DNA from: Cyanophora paradoxa CCMP329
Taxonomy: Eukaryota; Plantae; Glaucophyta
Direction: 5' to 3'
DNA length: 64,000 bases
Assembly: GCA_004431415.1 (NCBI GenBank)
Contig: QPMI01000530.1
Span: 1 to 64,000, forward strand
Below, piece after piece: positions 26,685 through 40,780 of the stretch. The translations under genes and the position numbers were made by a program. The notes beneath the pieces are model-generated. The model had not been told where the DNA came from. It did not search any database and saw only the letters and a list, made by a program, of their open reading frames with translations. Numbering within the stretch: position 1 is the first letter of the stretch; the number at the start of each line of letters is the position of its first letter.

Positions 26685-29136
26685 ATGTCGCTTGACGAGC
26701 TCCCGCCGGAGCTGCTGCGCCACGTCGCCAGCTTCCTCCCCGTCCTCGACGCGCTCCGGGCGGCCCGGGCCTGCCGCGCCCTCGCCGACGCCGTCGAAGA
26801 GGCCGTGCGCTCCCTCGCTCACGCCGCCGAGAGCGACGCGCCGCCCGCGGTCGGCGTCCCGCGCTGACCGCTCCGCGGCGCAGACCTGGCGCTCCGCTGT
26901 CATCCCGACGCGCGAGGCCGGGTCGCTGTTGCTGCGCGGCGGCGAGTGCGCATGCGCGGCGCAGCGGGCGGGCGTCGCGCGCCTCGGGTCCCGCCTCGCG
27001 GAATCGGCGGAGGAGATCCTGATGCCGGGCTCTGAGTGGGCCGAGGGCGGCGAGCGGCGCGCGGCGGAGGAGACGCTGCAGACCCTCCTGCTCGCCGCGG
27101 AGCGCTGGCCGCGCCTCCGGCGGGTCGAGGCCTGCGCCGGCGACGCCGCCGCGGCCGCCCTCGCCGCCCGCTGCCCCGCGCTCGAGTCCTTCGTGCTCCG
27201 GGGCGGCTCCCCCGCGCCCCGCGCCCTCTCCGCCTCTCCGCTCTCCGCCGTCGAACTCCGCTGCGCCCGCCTGGCGCCCCTCGCGTGGCTCCGCGCCGCC
27301 TCGGCCCCCGGCGGCCCCGCCCTCTCCCGCCTGCTCCTGCACCGGGGGTACACCCCCGGCGACGAGGACGACGAGGAGGGGGACGAGGAGGAGGAGGAGG
27401 AGGAGGAGGAGGAGGTCCGGGGTACCGCCCTGCGCGCCCTGGCCGCCCGCCACGGGGGTACCCTGACTGGCCTCTCCCTCCCCCGGCTGCCCCGCGGGGG
27501 CGCCCCCGCCCTCTCCGCCCTCCTCCCCCGCCTGACCGAGCTCCACCTCGAATCCTCCCTCCACAGCCCGGACGGTGCGGTACCCCCCCCTCCACCCTTC
27601 GAATTCGATCCTCAATTCTTGGGCAGGGCGGCGCCGGGCATCCCGTACCCTCTCCCGGGCCCTTCGGGGCCTGCCCTCCCTCCGCCGCCTCTCCGCCTCC
27701 TGCGCCGCCGCCGCCGCCCGCGCCCCGCGCGCCTTCCGCCGCGGCAGCGTCCGCGTACCCCTCCCCGACCTCCTCGCCTTCCTCGCATCCGGGTTCGGGT
27801 CCCGCCCGGCCCCCTTTCGCTTTGCTCACGGTACCCCCCAGGGAGGGAATCGAGCGGCTCGAGCTCGAGGGACCCTTCCACTGCCCCGCGACCCGTGCGC
27901 TCGCTCTGAACTCCCGTACCCCCGCTCATGTAACCCGGTACCCCCTCTCCTCCTCGCAGCGGCGGGACTGGAGGCGCTCGCAGCGGTGCTGCGGCGGCAC
28001 GGGCGGTCCCTAGAGCACCTCGTTCTGCCCAAACTGTTCCTCGAGAACGAAGAGGAGGGTACGGGGTTCCAGCCCCGCGCCTAGCCGGGCGTCCAACCGC
28101 GGGGCCGCCAGGGGACGAGGACGAACGGGACGGGGCGACGTACCCCCCGCCCGCTTCGGCCCGCGCGGGCGCCTTCCTGGCCGCACTCCTTCCCCGCTGC
28201 ACGAAGGTACCGCGTACCCCCCACCCCGCCCACGGCCACTCACCGGCGCTCCCCGTCCGTCTGCCCCGTTCTCCCCCTCTCTTTGCCTTGCCCCCCCTCC
28301 CCCCGGCCCGGCTCCCAGCTTCGTTCGCTCTTTTCGGCATTTGGCGGCCGGGGCGAGGAGCTTCCGCGCGAGGTTCGCCGTACCCCCACCACGCTTTCCC
28401 CCCTGCCGCTTACCCCCTGCGGCAGGCCCGGAGATGGCGGTGGGGTCGCGACACGGGAGGCGGCTGGGAGGTACCCCCCCCACAACGCCGTCCCTGTACC
28501 CCCGTCAGCTCAGCGCCGCACAGGAAAGCGAGGGCTCCTCGTCGGACGGGGAGGGTCGCGATCCTGTACCCCCGCAGCCTGTACCCCTGGCCCCGGCGGC
28601 CCCGCCCCCACCGGCCCCGCCCCTGCCCGGCCCCTGGCTCGCGTCCCTACCCCCCTCCCTCGAAGCCCTCTCCGTTCGAGGCGTCCAGGTACCCCTTCCC
28701 TCTCCCCCCTCCCTTCCCTTCCCCCGACGTCCAGGACCAAGGTCCGCGCAGGGCGTAACCCCCTCTGACGTCTCCCGTCTCCTCTCATCCCGCCCCTACC
28801 TCCGACTCGCCCTCCGCCGGGTGCGTACCCCTCCTTCCCCGCCCCTTTCCGTTCACGATCTTACGCCCCTGTACCCCCAGATCGAGCTTGCGAGCGCCTA
28901 CGAGGTGGGGGCTTGGAGGGAAGCCTCTGCGGCGCGGGCCCCCCCGGCCGCCCTCTACGAGTGCGACTCGGTACCCCCCCCTCTCCAACCCCCAACCGAC
29001 CGTACCCCTCTGACCCGGTACCCCCGAGGGCGAGGGCCTGCTGGAGTGCGCGGACGTGTGCAGGGGGCTCGGGGAGGGGGCGGGGGCCGGGGAGGCCCTT
29101 GCGGAGGGCGGGCCTGAGCTTCTGTACGTCATGTGA
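26685..29136 (+). CDS. F-box/LRR protein, multi-exon
   Basis: MSLDELPPELLRHVASFLPVLDALRAARACRAL is a classic F-box; intron 26805-26883; RCPALESFVL, LTGLSLP and LPRLTELHL are LRR-like; ends ...ELLYVM* at 29136. Confidence 0.8.
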
Positions 29137-30109
29137 TCTGAGATGTCTGAGGCGGCGGCGCTGCCGCCGCCATGGCTTCTCGTGCTCCTGAGGCATGCCC
29201 CCGGGCCCCTTTCCTGTTCATGAGTTGCGAGAAGAAATTTGCTTGGATAGGTCCGGCCAGGCATGCGCAGGAAGGGGTTTGCCGCCCTCCCCGCGCGCTG
29301 CTGTTTCCAGCGGCTCGGCCGGGCCGCTCCTGTGAGCAAGTGCCGGTGCCAGTCTGAAAGCCGGAGCGAGTGGCGGTGCCAGTCCGAAACTTCGCCAAGT
29401 TGAAAGCCAATTGCAAAGCCTTGCAATTGAAGGCGCCCAAACGGCCCGGCAGCCTCAGGGCCCGGGTCTATCTCTCTCCATTGCATGAATGTGTCCTCCG
29501 ACTGGCGGTCGGGCCGGCGGCTGAGCTCGAGTCTTAACATGTACGGCAGAAGCTTTATGAGAGCGCAGCCTCATGATCAGGAGTCATGATCATGAGCCAG
29601 CGCCGCTGCACTTGAGCGCGAGCGCAAGAGAAGAAAGCACTAGCCGCCACCGCGATTGATGACAATTTGCAATGACAGCTTCAGCGACTCTCGGCCTTCG
29701 ATTCCTCGCGGGCTTTGAGTACCCATTTTATTAGCGCTTGCACAGCGCTTCAGCTTAAACTTCTAATTCCGGTGTTGAAGTTGACCTTGTGCATTGCAGT
29801 TTCAACGAGCCATGACATGCGAGTTAATGTCTACGTATACGCCTCACACTACCTGAGAATCTGATGCTCTACGTAAATCACTCTACAGATCTATAGCTAA
29901 AGCTCATTATAAAAGCTAATGCGAACACCTTTGCCTTCAAGGCTTCCTGATGAGTCTGCGGCGAAGTATAAAACGTTCCTTTGTGAAATCCTGCTAAAGA
30001 GTAATTTGAAACGACCACCGTCCGGCTGCAAATACAGAGTTGAGGTGTTTTATTGTCTGGTCAATGAAGAAGAATCCATGCAATGATCCAAAAAGAAAGA
30101 AAGAAAGAA

Positions 30110-30400
30110 AGAGCTCGAGGTGCTCTAAGGAGGTCGCCCGCACCACGCCGCCGAAGATGAGAGCCCCCAAGTTCGTAGGCGCGGCGAGCGCCGCGTCGCC
30201 CTCGTGCAGCCGTCCGAGCTCGCGGTCCTGCTCGCCCGGCGCGGCCGGCGCCGCGGCCGCGGACCCGGAGGCGTCCCCATACACAGCCTGAGCGTCCCCA
30301 CCCTTGAGGTTCCGGCCCGGCCGGAACCTGAGCCACTGGGCCGTTGCCATGCGGCTCCGCCATGCGGATTCCTAACGGACGCGCGGCTGACCAGCTAGGG
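30110..30400 (-). pseudogene. decayed paralog of the small gene at 52560-53254
   Basis: GDAALAAPTNLGALIFGGVVRA versus GDAALAAPTSLGALLFGGVVRA; the downstream exons are absent. Confidence 0.65.
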
Positions 30401-30779
30401 GAGGGCTAAAGGCACCGCCAAGGCGATTCGCGGCAGCCGGAGAGGTGCGCGGGCAGGAGCCTGCTACCTACTTTCTCTCCAGGTCGGGGTACGCGAAAAT
30501 CGAGCCGATCTCTGTGCGAGCTCGCGAGGCCCGAGCATTGCTCCCGCCCGCCCATGGCCAGGTGCTTCTGCCGCATGTGCATGACCAGGCGCCGCTTTTA
30601 AAGCGCCGCTGACCGTGCCTCGGGCAGATGCATCCAGCCGATATGTGGGCGAGCTCGTAAGGCCCGAGCATCAGCTATTCCGAGGCCCTTCTTCTAGATC
30701 TGGGCTTCAACTCTTGGCTGCCCTCGCCCTAGGCCCCCCGACCCCCGTACGTGTGGGACCCACGCGCTCCTCTGACACC

Positions 30780-33700
30780 TCTAGGGCTCCTTCACTTGCG
30801 AGACCCGCCCACAGAACCCCCCTTGCAGTCCCGCGACGAGCTCGAGCTCTGCCGCAGGCGCCGGACCCCTCGCCGAGTCGCCACTTCCTCCTTCATTGGG
30901 ATTCCCCGGTGTGCGCGCTGCACGCCCCCTTGCTCGTCTGGGCCGCGCATTGACTTCCGGTTGCGGCAAAAGCCAGCGACATTAATGTGCAAGCGGCCCT
31001 GGGTTGCTGGGGTACTAGTTAACGTTGTAGAGTTGCGGGAAGGTCCCTCAATCATTACAGGTGGATGGTTCGAGCTTTGGGCGCGCGGTGCATGTGCTGG
31101 TGCTTGAGATCGAGGGCTTCCTTCGAGGTGCCGGTGCTGCTTGACCTCGAATTCGAATTCGAAGTAGCACGTCGGCGATCTGCCTTCCACAGACCCAGAC
31201 CCACGAAGCGATTCGTCAGCTTCTGCCAGCCAAGCTGCCGCAGCTCATGATCAGGTGCACGAGGCGTGGGAAGCAATTGCAAGCGAGCAAGCTCGAAGGC
31301 CGCTTACAACGAAGATGGGCCAGGACGCGATGAGCTGGTTCAAAAGGAGCAGGCTCGATGCCGCAAGGCCAAGGGAGATGGCGCCGTTCACACATTCTGT
31401 CGCGTAGGGGTCCTCAACGTCCAGGACCGCGCCCTGGCGGTCCTCATTCCGGCGTTTGCATTCAGTGACGGCGGAGAGTGAGGGAGCGGACCTGACGAAG
31501 AAGGACAAGCGTAGCAAAGTCTATGGCGTTCAGCACAAAGACGAGGGCGTGGTCATACCGCGTTCTGCAGCGAAGCGAGTGTACGTGAGCCGAGACAAGC
31601 TTAAGGCGGGAAGACGCCGACGTCGCACGCCACTCGCCTGAGAGGCCGCCCCACGAGAATCCATACCTGCACGGTCGACGTCGCAGCTCTTTCAGCATGC
31701 ATCATCGAAAGCCGGCGGTGCATTATCGAAAGCGGTGCATTATCAAAAGCCGGCTTTCTCCCCCGAGCGCACAGGAAGGGGGCTTCGAAATTCGATTCGT
31801 TAACGGTCACGTACCTCCTCAACCAAGATCATAGCGAGCGGAACAGCGGTCTGGGCAGCAAGATGCCAAACCATCAGGCGGGAAATCAACTCCATCGCTG
31901 ATAACGCTCGCCTGGGCCTGTGCCAGCGACGATCCATTGTCGTCCGTCACTGTCACCCGAGTCGTACGCGTCAGAGAACTTCCCCTTCTTTTATATATGC
32001 TGCGCGAGCTGGAGGCGCGAACGCACCCATCGTAGTCACGACGAATGCGATCGCTACTTTCTTCAGAATGTCCCTAGCGTGCGGGCTTAAGCTTCAGCAT
32101 GCCCATTTCGCAAACCACAACCGGGCAGTGCGTGTGCACGCACCACATGCCCATGAGAAATCCCAGCCCGCCGTAACGCTGCATTTGCATAAGCTGAATC
32201 CACCAGATGAGCGAAACTTCTAAATCCGTGCGCACGTAGTCGACAAAGAGGATCGCGAACGCGACGCGGAAGCGGAACCGTGAGAAAGCTCGCGATCGAT
32301 CCTTTTCCACATCCTCTGGCGGTACGTTGATCTGCACGTAGCGAGCTTGAGATTAATGACGAGTCCAATCGCAAGATGCCCATATGTACAGCTGAGCGCA
32401 CCTTCCACTCTCCGCATTCGAAGAAGAGCCATTCCCAAACAGCATCACAGTAGGCACGGAAGAGGCGGAAGTGATGCCGGAGCGCTGCGAACGGTGGTAT
32501 ACGTGCAGTCGATCGCTTCAGAGTGAGGGTCAATTGTTGTACCCCCATTCTTGGTCTGCTCGACTTCGCGAGCTGCCCTTGCTTCTTTGATTCGCTCCAT
32601 AAATGTCGGTTCCTGGTCATATACATCAGCACATACACGAGCGATCACGATGATTCAGGAAACTGGCTCTGTGCACCTCTTCAGTTTCAAATATAGATGC
32701 GCGTTCCTTGTATAGGATGCTGTGCATAGCTTAGCTGAGCACTCGGAAGCCCAATCCGGCACGCACAAGGAGACGGCGACGGCGGCGATAAACGCGATCC
32801 CCGCAAACGCGGCGAAGAGGATGCCAGCCACGGTGCCCCAGCTGCCGCCGTCCAAGTACGCCGTGCCGATCGTTGCGATGACAAAGCCTAATTTATAAAC
32901 AGGTGTCACGGTTGGGCAACGATCAGAAACCTTTGGAGATGGTCGCCCTTCGCACCCTGGAAGGCCGTGTACCCCGCCACCACCTGAAAGCGTGGCCACT
33001 CGAGGTCGCGCGGCGGTAGCCGCTGCGGCCGCCGCCAGCGCCAGACGGACAGAGCGAGGTACTGGAACAGCACCGTCTGCTGCCGCGTCAGGACGCGTAC
33101 GCTTCCGATTGCAGAGAGGACTTTTGGCAAGCGTTACCGCGAGCAGAATGATGCCGGTGTAGAAGAGGGATTGCTGCAGCTGCTCCGAAGCGAAGTCCGC
33201 CGCATCGCCTTCCGCAATGTCGCGGCCGCTAAGAAGAACCCGCGCAGTGCTTGGAAAGCGAGGCCGGGTGGCGCGGCTGGCGTTGAAGGGCACTGGCGGG
33301 CGAGATCTCAAATGAATTGCCGCAGTGCATCCGTGTCGGAATTGCCAAAACGACAATGCGCACGCTTGAAGTACAGTAAACTCCAATCCAAACTCTGCGA
33401 CATGTTGACGTAGGCGGTGCTTTTCCCGCCAATAAACATCGAGTAGTCTGTGCGGTTCGATCATCGAGCAGTAAAAAATGTTGAAACCTTCCCTCACATG
33501 TAAACTGCGCGTTGTTGACGACGGCGCGGGCGCCGCCCCCAAGATTTGCGCTGGACCGGAGAACCCGCACGAAACTGTTCGAGAACAATCCGGCTTGCAT
33601 TCCACCCGCGCTTGATCCGGCCAGCATTCCGCCCCCCGAAGCTCCATTTATGCCTGCTCCTATTGCTCCAAATGCTCCGCCTCCAATCCCACCAACTGCG

Positions 33701-36700
33701 CCGCCCGTTCCGGCTTTGAAGCCCAAAGTTGCTCGTGCTGGTCCTCCCATGCTGCCAGGGCCGGCGCCGGTGCTGCCTGAAGCTGCGCCAACAAGAATCG
33801 ACCCACCAAATGAGCTGCCGATTATGCCGCTGGGAATGCCACCAATGTAGTTAAAGATGAAAGCCCGCGACGCGGCCAGAAAAACGCTGACGGCTGAAAA
33901 TACCGTGATAACAACGCCTGCTTTCTCGCCAAGATCAGGGTCTGCGCTCGAGTCCCTGTGTAAGGACGGCCGGAGGTCAGGGTCTGGCAGGTTTCATATC
34001 ACCTCCTTTCGTCAAGCCCTGGATGCGGAAAGGCGAGGATATGCCCGAAGCGATCGTCACGCTGAAGCCTGGCAGGACGCCGTTCGCTGCCGCTGCCTGC
34101 TGGAGGCTGCGACGCGCTGGAGATGGCGCTGTTTTGTTGACCACCACAAAGCCATCTTTGCCCAGCAGCTTTCATTCGTAAATGCGATCAAATCAGAATA
34201 CAAAAGCGATGCAAACACGATGTACCTCCAGCCTTATGAAGTAGGTGTCCGGTTTAATTGAAGGTGGCAGGCTGATAGCCGCCCGGCCGTTTTTCGGAAG
34301 AACCGCCGCCAGTACAGTCAAGTTCTGCGCAAGCAGTGTTAGCTGCCAGCGCAGCGCTTAGCTAATTATGACACCGATTGACCGTATAGAACCTGTTCCC
34401 TAATGAAGTGTACAGCCTGCCAAATCACATCACTCCGAGCCACGTGAGTGTGGAAGCGAAAATCTAGCCAGCAACCTGCAAGTGTATCTGAACGTGTCCG
34501 CCGCGATCGACGCAAATGCCGACAAGTCGGGAAGGCCCTGATTGCGGCGCGATCCGTGATCATGATCAGGGCATCCCCCGACAGGAATTGTACATGTTGG
34601 TCTTTAGCTCGCACCTCGAGATCGAACGGAATCGCCTGCCCCGGCGCAAAGACGGGAAGCGAGCCGACCGTGCGCGTCGGCCTCGTTGATGTGATGGAAG
34701 TGACGCCGGCACCGGCGGCGACGTTCACGCTGACGGTAACGCGTACACTAATGACGATACTGACGATGGCACCCGTCGCCGGCAGCACGACGACGACTGC
34801 GAGGGATGTTTGCATGTCGCAGTTCACGTTATCACATGCATGGAAACGCTCTCACCCGAGTTCGGCGCCAGATCACCGACGAGAGTGAAGTTCGCACTTG
34901 CAGTTGCGCCCGTTCCGAGCGCGATAACTCGAAGAGAAAATTTATACGAGGAAAGGCCCAGTGAGACGCCTGAAACGTTGAGGAAAGGACCCGAGGTGGA
35001 GGAGAGGAGGGCTGCTGGAGGTCCTCCGATTTGATTCCACAGAAACGAGTACTGTCCGGGCGGCGCGTTGGCTGCCACAAGCCGTACGGTCATGACCTCG
35101 TAGGGTTCGAAGGGTTGGGATAAGTAACAAAGCACCAATGTCGTCCTGAGCAGAGAGGAGGACAAACTGCGTGGGCAGCGAGACGAGACCAGTAGAGCTT
35201 GCGCCAGCGACGACGCGAATTGTGACCAACGTGAAGAGGTCCCCGACAAAATTTCTGCAAAAAAGGTTACGCAAGCTTAAACAACTCCGGGGGATCCTCG
35301 TTCGGGGAGCTTCGATAAATAATTCTGCGATGCGAGCGCAGGCTAACCCGGAGCCAGTATTGTTGGCTGAGGTCAGAGAGGTCGGGGTCGGTGCGGGAGA
35401 GGGAACGTTGTTCGTCACTGGAGGGGTTGGAGTTGCTTGTGCGGCCGGGGTTGGACTCAACGCTATGGAAGGAGTGGGCGTCTGCGAGGGCGCCGCGGAA
35501 GGGCTGGGCGTTGGAGACGGGCTGGGCGTTGGAGACGGGCTGGGCGTCGGAGACGGGCTGGGCGTCGGAGACGGGCTGGGCGTCGGGGTCGGACAAGCCG
35601 CGAAAGAGGAGTTGAAAACGTTGTGCTTGTATATGCGGTTCTCTGCTCGTGTGCATTTGCGGATGCTATTTCATCAGATCTAGAGTCCCCCGGGGGGCCG
35701 GGAGGGGGGTTAATTATAACGTTGAATTGAGGCGCTCACCTCCCCAGCTCACGAACAAGTAGCCATCTGTAGCACTGGGTGCAACGGGTGTGACGGCGGC
35801 GAGACCGAAAATGGCAGCTCCGTCAGCCGTGTTCGCCAGAAGCGGCGACCCATCATATCTGCGAGCGCCGCTTGAATGCAATATGTGCATGTGTTTTTGT
35901 AGCGGGCGCACTTGAGCGGCGGGTTGATTTGCTCGTCGGACAGCAAGGCGCCCGCTCTGCGAACGAATGTCGGAATATATCAAACAAGAGGATAAGAGTG
36001 GCTGACGCACTGATTGTAAACAATGACAGGGCTGTCCCAGCCGCCTGGGTAGTTGCTCCAAGTATAAAGACTGAAATACATTCTCCAGAAGCAGTAGGGG
36101 TCGCTGCGTCATGATCATCGAGAAGTTTATATTGCTTCAATGGCGCCGGCCATGCCCATGCGCGACACATCTAGATCTGCGCACTGACGGACTATGTCGA
36201 TAGTTGACAGCTGTTTGGGGATCGAGGAAATGAAGGTCGTCCGCGTGCTCGCGGTCACATCGCTCGCGTTCAGGGTGAGCTGAATGCCGGCAGGCGTACG
36301 TTTGACGACAGTACGAGCGAGAATTTCGACAACTTTTGACGAATTTCGCACCTTGAAAACCGAAGATGGCGACGCCGGCGTGCCAGAAACAACTTGATAA
36401 GCAAATACCATCAGCGTTTGATCGCGAAATTGAGAGCGTGGCAAGGAGGGAAACATAAAACATCATAGGCTCGCAATAGAGGACCGAAACGCTCACCAGT
36501 AGCCGCCTGGTTCGCCAAGACAAAGTAGAGAACTTGCGATACGCAAAGTTTGGCATTAGCCCGCGTGTCAGATTGAAATGAGCGAAAAGCTTGAAACTGA
36601 TCATGATCATGATCAGCACTCACCCGGATCAACCGGATCAACCGCGAAACCACCAATCGTCCAGTCGGCGCGCCCAAAGGAGTCGGGTACGCTGTGCAGA

Positions 36701-38284
36701 GTGGACACCGCGCCCGTGCCTGCCGGGTCCCGATTGGCCGATCGGTACGCGCAAGCTTAAACCTGCTTGTCTGTGCTCACCATCCGCTGCGCAGCTGCCG
36801 ATTATGTTGTTGGCCGTCCCGTCCTGGTGACGCAAGTTGGCATTCGCGATAGGAGAACGAATTCAAAGCTTGAGCACCCAGTATATCCAATAAACCCTGT
36901 TTGTGACAGTGGAGTACTCAACGGAGAACGGAGACCCGCCAACTGTGGCAAGAAATTAGACCTGTCATTCTTGCTGGTACAGACCGTACAGCCCGTCCGG
37001 ATCCCTGTCACACCCCAAGGCATCTCGCTCCTGCTCTAGATCTTAAACTTGTTCCTTCGTTGGGAACCCGCCGCTTCGTTAAGCTTGATCCTCTCATTGA
37101 ACGCGCCAGAACCCTAGAGACGCATGCGCAGCAGATCGTGCGCACGGCCGGAAACGAGCGTCGTGGTCCCTGTTGAAGTCAGGTCGTACTGCGCACGTCC
37201 GCGGCAAGCTTAAGTGGTCAATGACGCGAAGGGACGTCGAGCCGGTGAAGGCCTTCAAGCTTCATTCAGCGCTCGGACCTTTCGAATCTTGGAATTGAAC
37301 TGAGCATCGACAAGTAAGATTGAGCATCGCAGCTGGAAGGCGATCAGCCGCCCCCGTGCATTTGCACTGACCGAGTCCGCGATGAAAAGAACGTTGCCCG
37401 GGGCGACCGCCACGTCATTGGGCTTGCTGCATGCATGCAAACGGTCACGGCGTCGTCGTAACTTTCAAAGCTTATTGTATTGCGCACTTGAATGTACTGA
37501 ATGTACCAAGTCCATCGGTGGAGCCTGCGCGAGATTCCCCTTTGAATATGGCTGCAGCTAAGATCCGGGAACGGCGCGCGCACCCTGGGCGAAATTCTGG
37601 CCAGCCAGCCACGTCACTGTGCACGGCGTGCCAAGGGCGACCTTGAAGAGGGAGTACCAACTGACTGCGTTCCAAATAAGAAGATCGAGATGATCATGAG
37701 CAGCTGCACATCCGGTCGCCAATTCAATGATTGCAAGCGGCTCACCGACATACAGGTTCCCGTCGTACTGACTGTATGCCATGCCTGCGCAGCAGAGTGG
37801 ACATCAACCTCGAGCTCGCTGCCCAGCGTGCTCCATATATATATGCATATGCATGGAGATGGCCAGCTCGTTCCCGGCCACGGGAGCACAGGCTCGTTTG
37901 GGGAAGCGAAGCCTTAGGAGGCACGGTGACTGCAGCGGCGCGGGCACCTCGAATCTCGTTGAAGATGGCGTTTGAACCAATCCCTGCTCAAAACGCGTCC
38001 GGGTCAACGCACGCAGACACACACATCGCATTTTAATGAAATGTGAGCCGCAAGGCGGGGCAATCGCACAGATCTACAGCTAAATCGCGATCAGAGCTCT
38101 ACGCACCCGGTTGTTCAGTTGACACGAACACCTCGCCCGCACAGAACTGGGCAGGGCTCAACGCCGACGCCGGATTGCCACGGATGAACATCAGACAGAG
38201 ACACAGATGCAGAGCGGCTGCAGATGGCCATGACATGCTAGCGCTCGGCATTCCGGATCCGCGCACAAATACAGGCGGCGCCAT
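30780..38284 (-). CDS. large membrane protein: signal peptide, NHL-like repeats, Pro/Thr stalk, Ig/PKD-like domains, Gly-rich segment and several TM helices (3' end approximate)
   Basis: [17 protein letters not shown] signal; [13 protein letters not shown] / [18 protein letters not shown] / NSKIRK NHL motifs; (PSPSPT)n; [10 protein letters not shown]...YKFSLRV; hydrophobic [25 protein letters not shown] and [11 protein letters not shown]. Confidence 0.6.
35500..35590. repeat. 18-bp coding repeat (PSPSPT)n
   Basis: GGGCTGGGCGT(T/C)GGAGAC x4 plus a partial copy. Confidence 0.9.
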
Positions 38285-38687
38285 GGCCTCGGCCGCTGTT
38301 TGTCCTGCAGGCTGCAGTTGCCGATCGATAGCAGTGTTTACGTCCGATCCGAGTCCAACGGTCCGATGAGCGCGTTGCGACTGTCCGGCCGCGGCCGACG
38401 GTCGCTGTCCGACTCGCGGCCCGTGAGTCGCGGCCGCGGCCCGCGACTCGCGGCCGCGGATCGACTCGCGAAAATTGTGAGTCGAGTCGCGATCGGCGGT
38501 CCGACGGCAAGCGGGATTGGGGATTGGCGTGACTTCAAATTGGCGTACCTTTACAGAACTACTACCGGTAGCCGGCGGTAGGCTTACTAGGCTATGACGT
38601 CGACAGTGACTCGACACTCACTGAGTCACTCAGAGTATACGTAAGTGACTGAACTTCGGACGGAAATCTGTCACAGTGTAGACTCAG

Positions 38688-38915
38688 TAGAGGTACAAAT
38701 TTTGCCGTGTACTTAATTTGCCGAGCCCAACACTTTTCGAAATTGGCGTGTTTTAAAATTGGCGAGAGCCGGAAATCCTGGTTGTATGGGGGTCCGGAGC
38801 GGGGGGGTAGGATTGGCGTGGCCAATGGATCAAAATTGGCGAGCTCGGCCGGGCGCCTCTCGCCAATTAACGCCAAAATTATCATAGTATGTCTCCGCCA
38901 AAATTTGTACCTCTG
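38688..38915. mobile_element. MITE, probably hAT-like
   Basis: 16-bp perfect TIR AGAGGTACAAATTTTG (38689) / CAAAATTTGTACCTCT (38899-38914); internal ATTGGCG repeats; the TSD is imperfect. Confidence 0.7.
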
Positions 38916-39540
38916 CAGACTGCAGTACGTGTTCTCAGAATCTCAGTCACTGACTTGACACTCAGTGACTGGAGTCTCATCGCCGAGACATCGGACTCCC
39001 GCACTCCCGGAGCCTCGGAGTCCGAGGCTCCGAGCTCGCCGCTCGAGGCTGTAGAGTCCGCCGGTCGGAGTCACTGAGTCTCGGAGTCTCGACTCAGAGG
39101 CTCCGAGGCTGTAGCTATAGCCTGTAGAGTCCGACGGTCGGAGCCGGAGTCTCAGAGTCTCGACTCAGAAAAGTGAAATAGCTAGCCGGCTAGACAAGCG
39201 GCACTTTTCGCGCGGCTCTGGCCGGGTTTCATGCCAGGCTAGCCGGCTAGCGAGGCCGGCTAGCCAGCCGCTGAGCCGGCTGGCCAGGCGAAAAAAGCCC
39301 CAGAAAGGGGTACTCCCCGTCAAGTAGCCCCTGAAAAATGGCCGTAAGCCTAGTACCGGCCGTAAGCCTTTATGGCAATTGCAAAGGCTCTGTTGTGGAC
39401 CTTGCAAGTTGCAATTGTGGTCCGACTCCGGGTAACTTAGTAAGCTTAAGGGATGGCCTCAGAGACGAGTCGCCTAGTACATGTACAGTAGTACTACTAG
39501 GCTAGCCTAGTAGTACTAGCCGAGTACAACAGTACATGTA

Positions 39541-39797
39541 CCGTATAACACAATATTAATGCGCTCAATATTAATGCGTTTTTGGACCCGGACCCCTAGG
39601 ACGACTAATAATGCGCCCCAAATTAATGCGTTTTTAGGCTTCTTCGCCTGCATTAGGGGGGTACTGAGGTCTACTAACAGCAGTTTCTTAGCAATCTGTT
39701 ATTAATGCGCCCCCAAATTAATGCGTTTTGACGGCAGAAAACGCATTAAATTGGGGGCGCATTAATATTATGCGCGCACTAATATTCTGTTATACGG
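39541..39797. mobile_element. Tc1/mariner-pogo-type MITE
   Basis: TA|CCGTATAACA.AATATTA.TGCGC ... GCGCACTAATATTCTGTTATACGG|TA; internal TAATGCG repeats in both orientations. Confidence 0.9.
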
Positions 39798-39949
39798 TAC
39801 GTGCTATCATAGTATACAGTCACAAGTTTCGAATATATTAATTCACAACACTGATGAGACTACTCAGTAGTAACTTGTATCCTCGTTGTGTACTACGAGT
39901 GGGCACGCCCACCGTAGATCTTTAAAAAAAAGACTACTCAGTAGTACTA

Positions 39950-40190
39950 CTGTAAAACGAGAAATGTCCGGCAGCACTTAATATTCGGCGCTTTTCGGCA
40001 TAGCCTCGCGGTGCCGAATATTTGAAACTGCCAGAATTGTGCAAATGTATGGCAAAAGAGGGATCGATGTACCCGCCGCCTAGGCGGACTGGCTGTGTTG
40101 CCGAAAATATGATGCCGATGAACCACAATTTCGGCGCATTTTTCAGTTTTTGCCGAAATAAAGTGACGCCGGACATTTCTCGTTTTACAG
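39950..40190. mobile_element. Tc1/mariner-pogo-type MITE
   Basis: 23-bp perfect TIR CTGTAAAACGAGAAATGTCCGGC; TA target duplication. Confidence 0.92.
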
Positions 40191-40379
40191 TAGTACTGTG
40201 TCACTGAGGCTGGGTTCCGGATGATGAACACAGGCGGTGGACTTGAACTTGATCATGACCGGGGCTGTCGTTTCGCCGGTGGTACCTATTTGTTCGGGTC
40301 CTAGGGCGGTCCTAGACTCCTAGGATGCCGGTCAAGTCTGACCTAGGAGGCTCTTCCGGAACGGCCCTTTTGGCAGGTA

Positions 40380-40629
40380 CTGTAAACGTAGGAATCTTCG
40401 ACAGCGTCTTTATTTCGTCCATATTCGTCAGACCTGCACTATGACGAATATTTGCTACTCTTGAACGGAAAATTTGTATGGAGAGGGGTACTAACGGCTG
40501 ATCCGTCTATGGCGGAGTCCTGGAGCTGACGAAAATATGATGCTGCCGTCAGCCTGCCGAACCATATTTTCGTCGCGATTTTCGGGTTTTGTCGAAATTA
40601 AGTCTCGACGAAAATTTATACGTTTACAG
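40380..40629. mobile_element. Tc1/mariner-pogo-type MITE
   Basis: TA|CTGTAAACGTA ... TACGTTTACAG|TA; internal TTCGTC/GACGAA motifs. Confidence 0.85.
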
Positions 40630-40780
40630 TATTTGGCAGGCATCCCCGACTCGGGGGACCCCGAGCTGGCGTCGACTCGGCGCCAAGCTACGTCGGCGAC
40701 TCGGCGTCGACTCGGCGACTAGTACTACGGTACTTGACGCGTACGGCGAGCTCGAGCCATGCCCACTATGTGGCTATAGC

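Noticed and set aside
10023-29117. Many long overlapping Arg/Pro/Ala-rich ORFs in the ORF track
   Set aside because: Expected from stop-poor, very GC-rich DNA; most are alternate-frame or antisense shadows of spliced genes.
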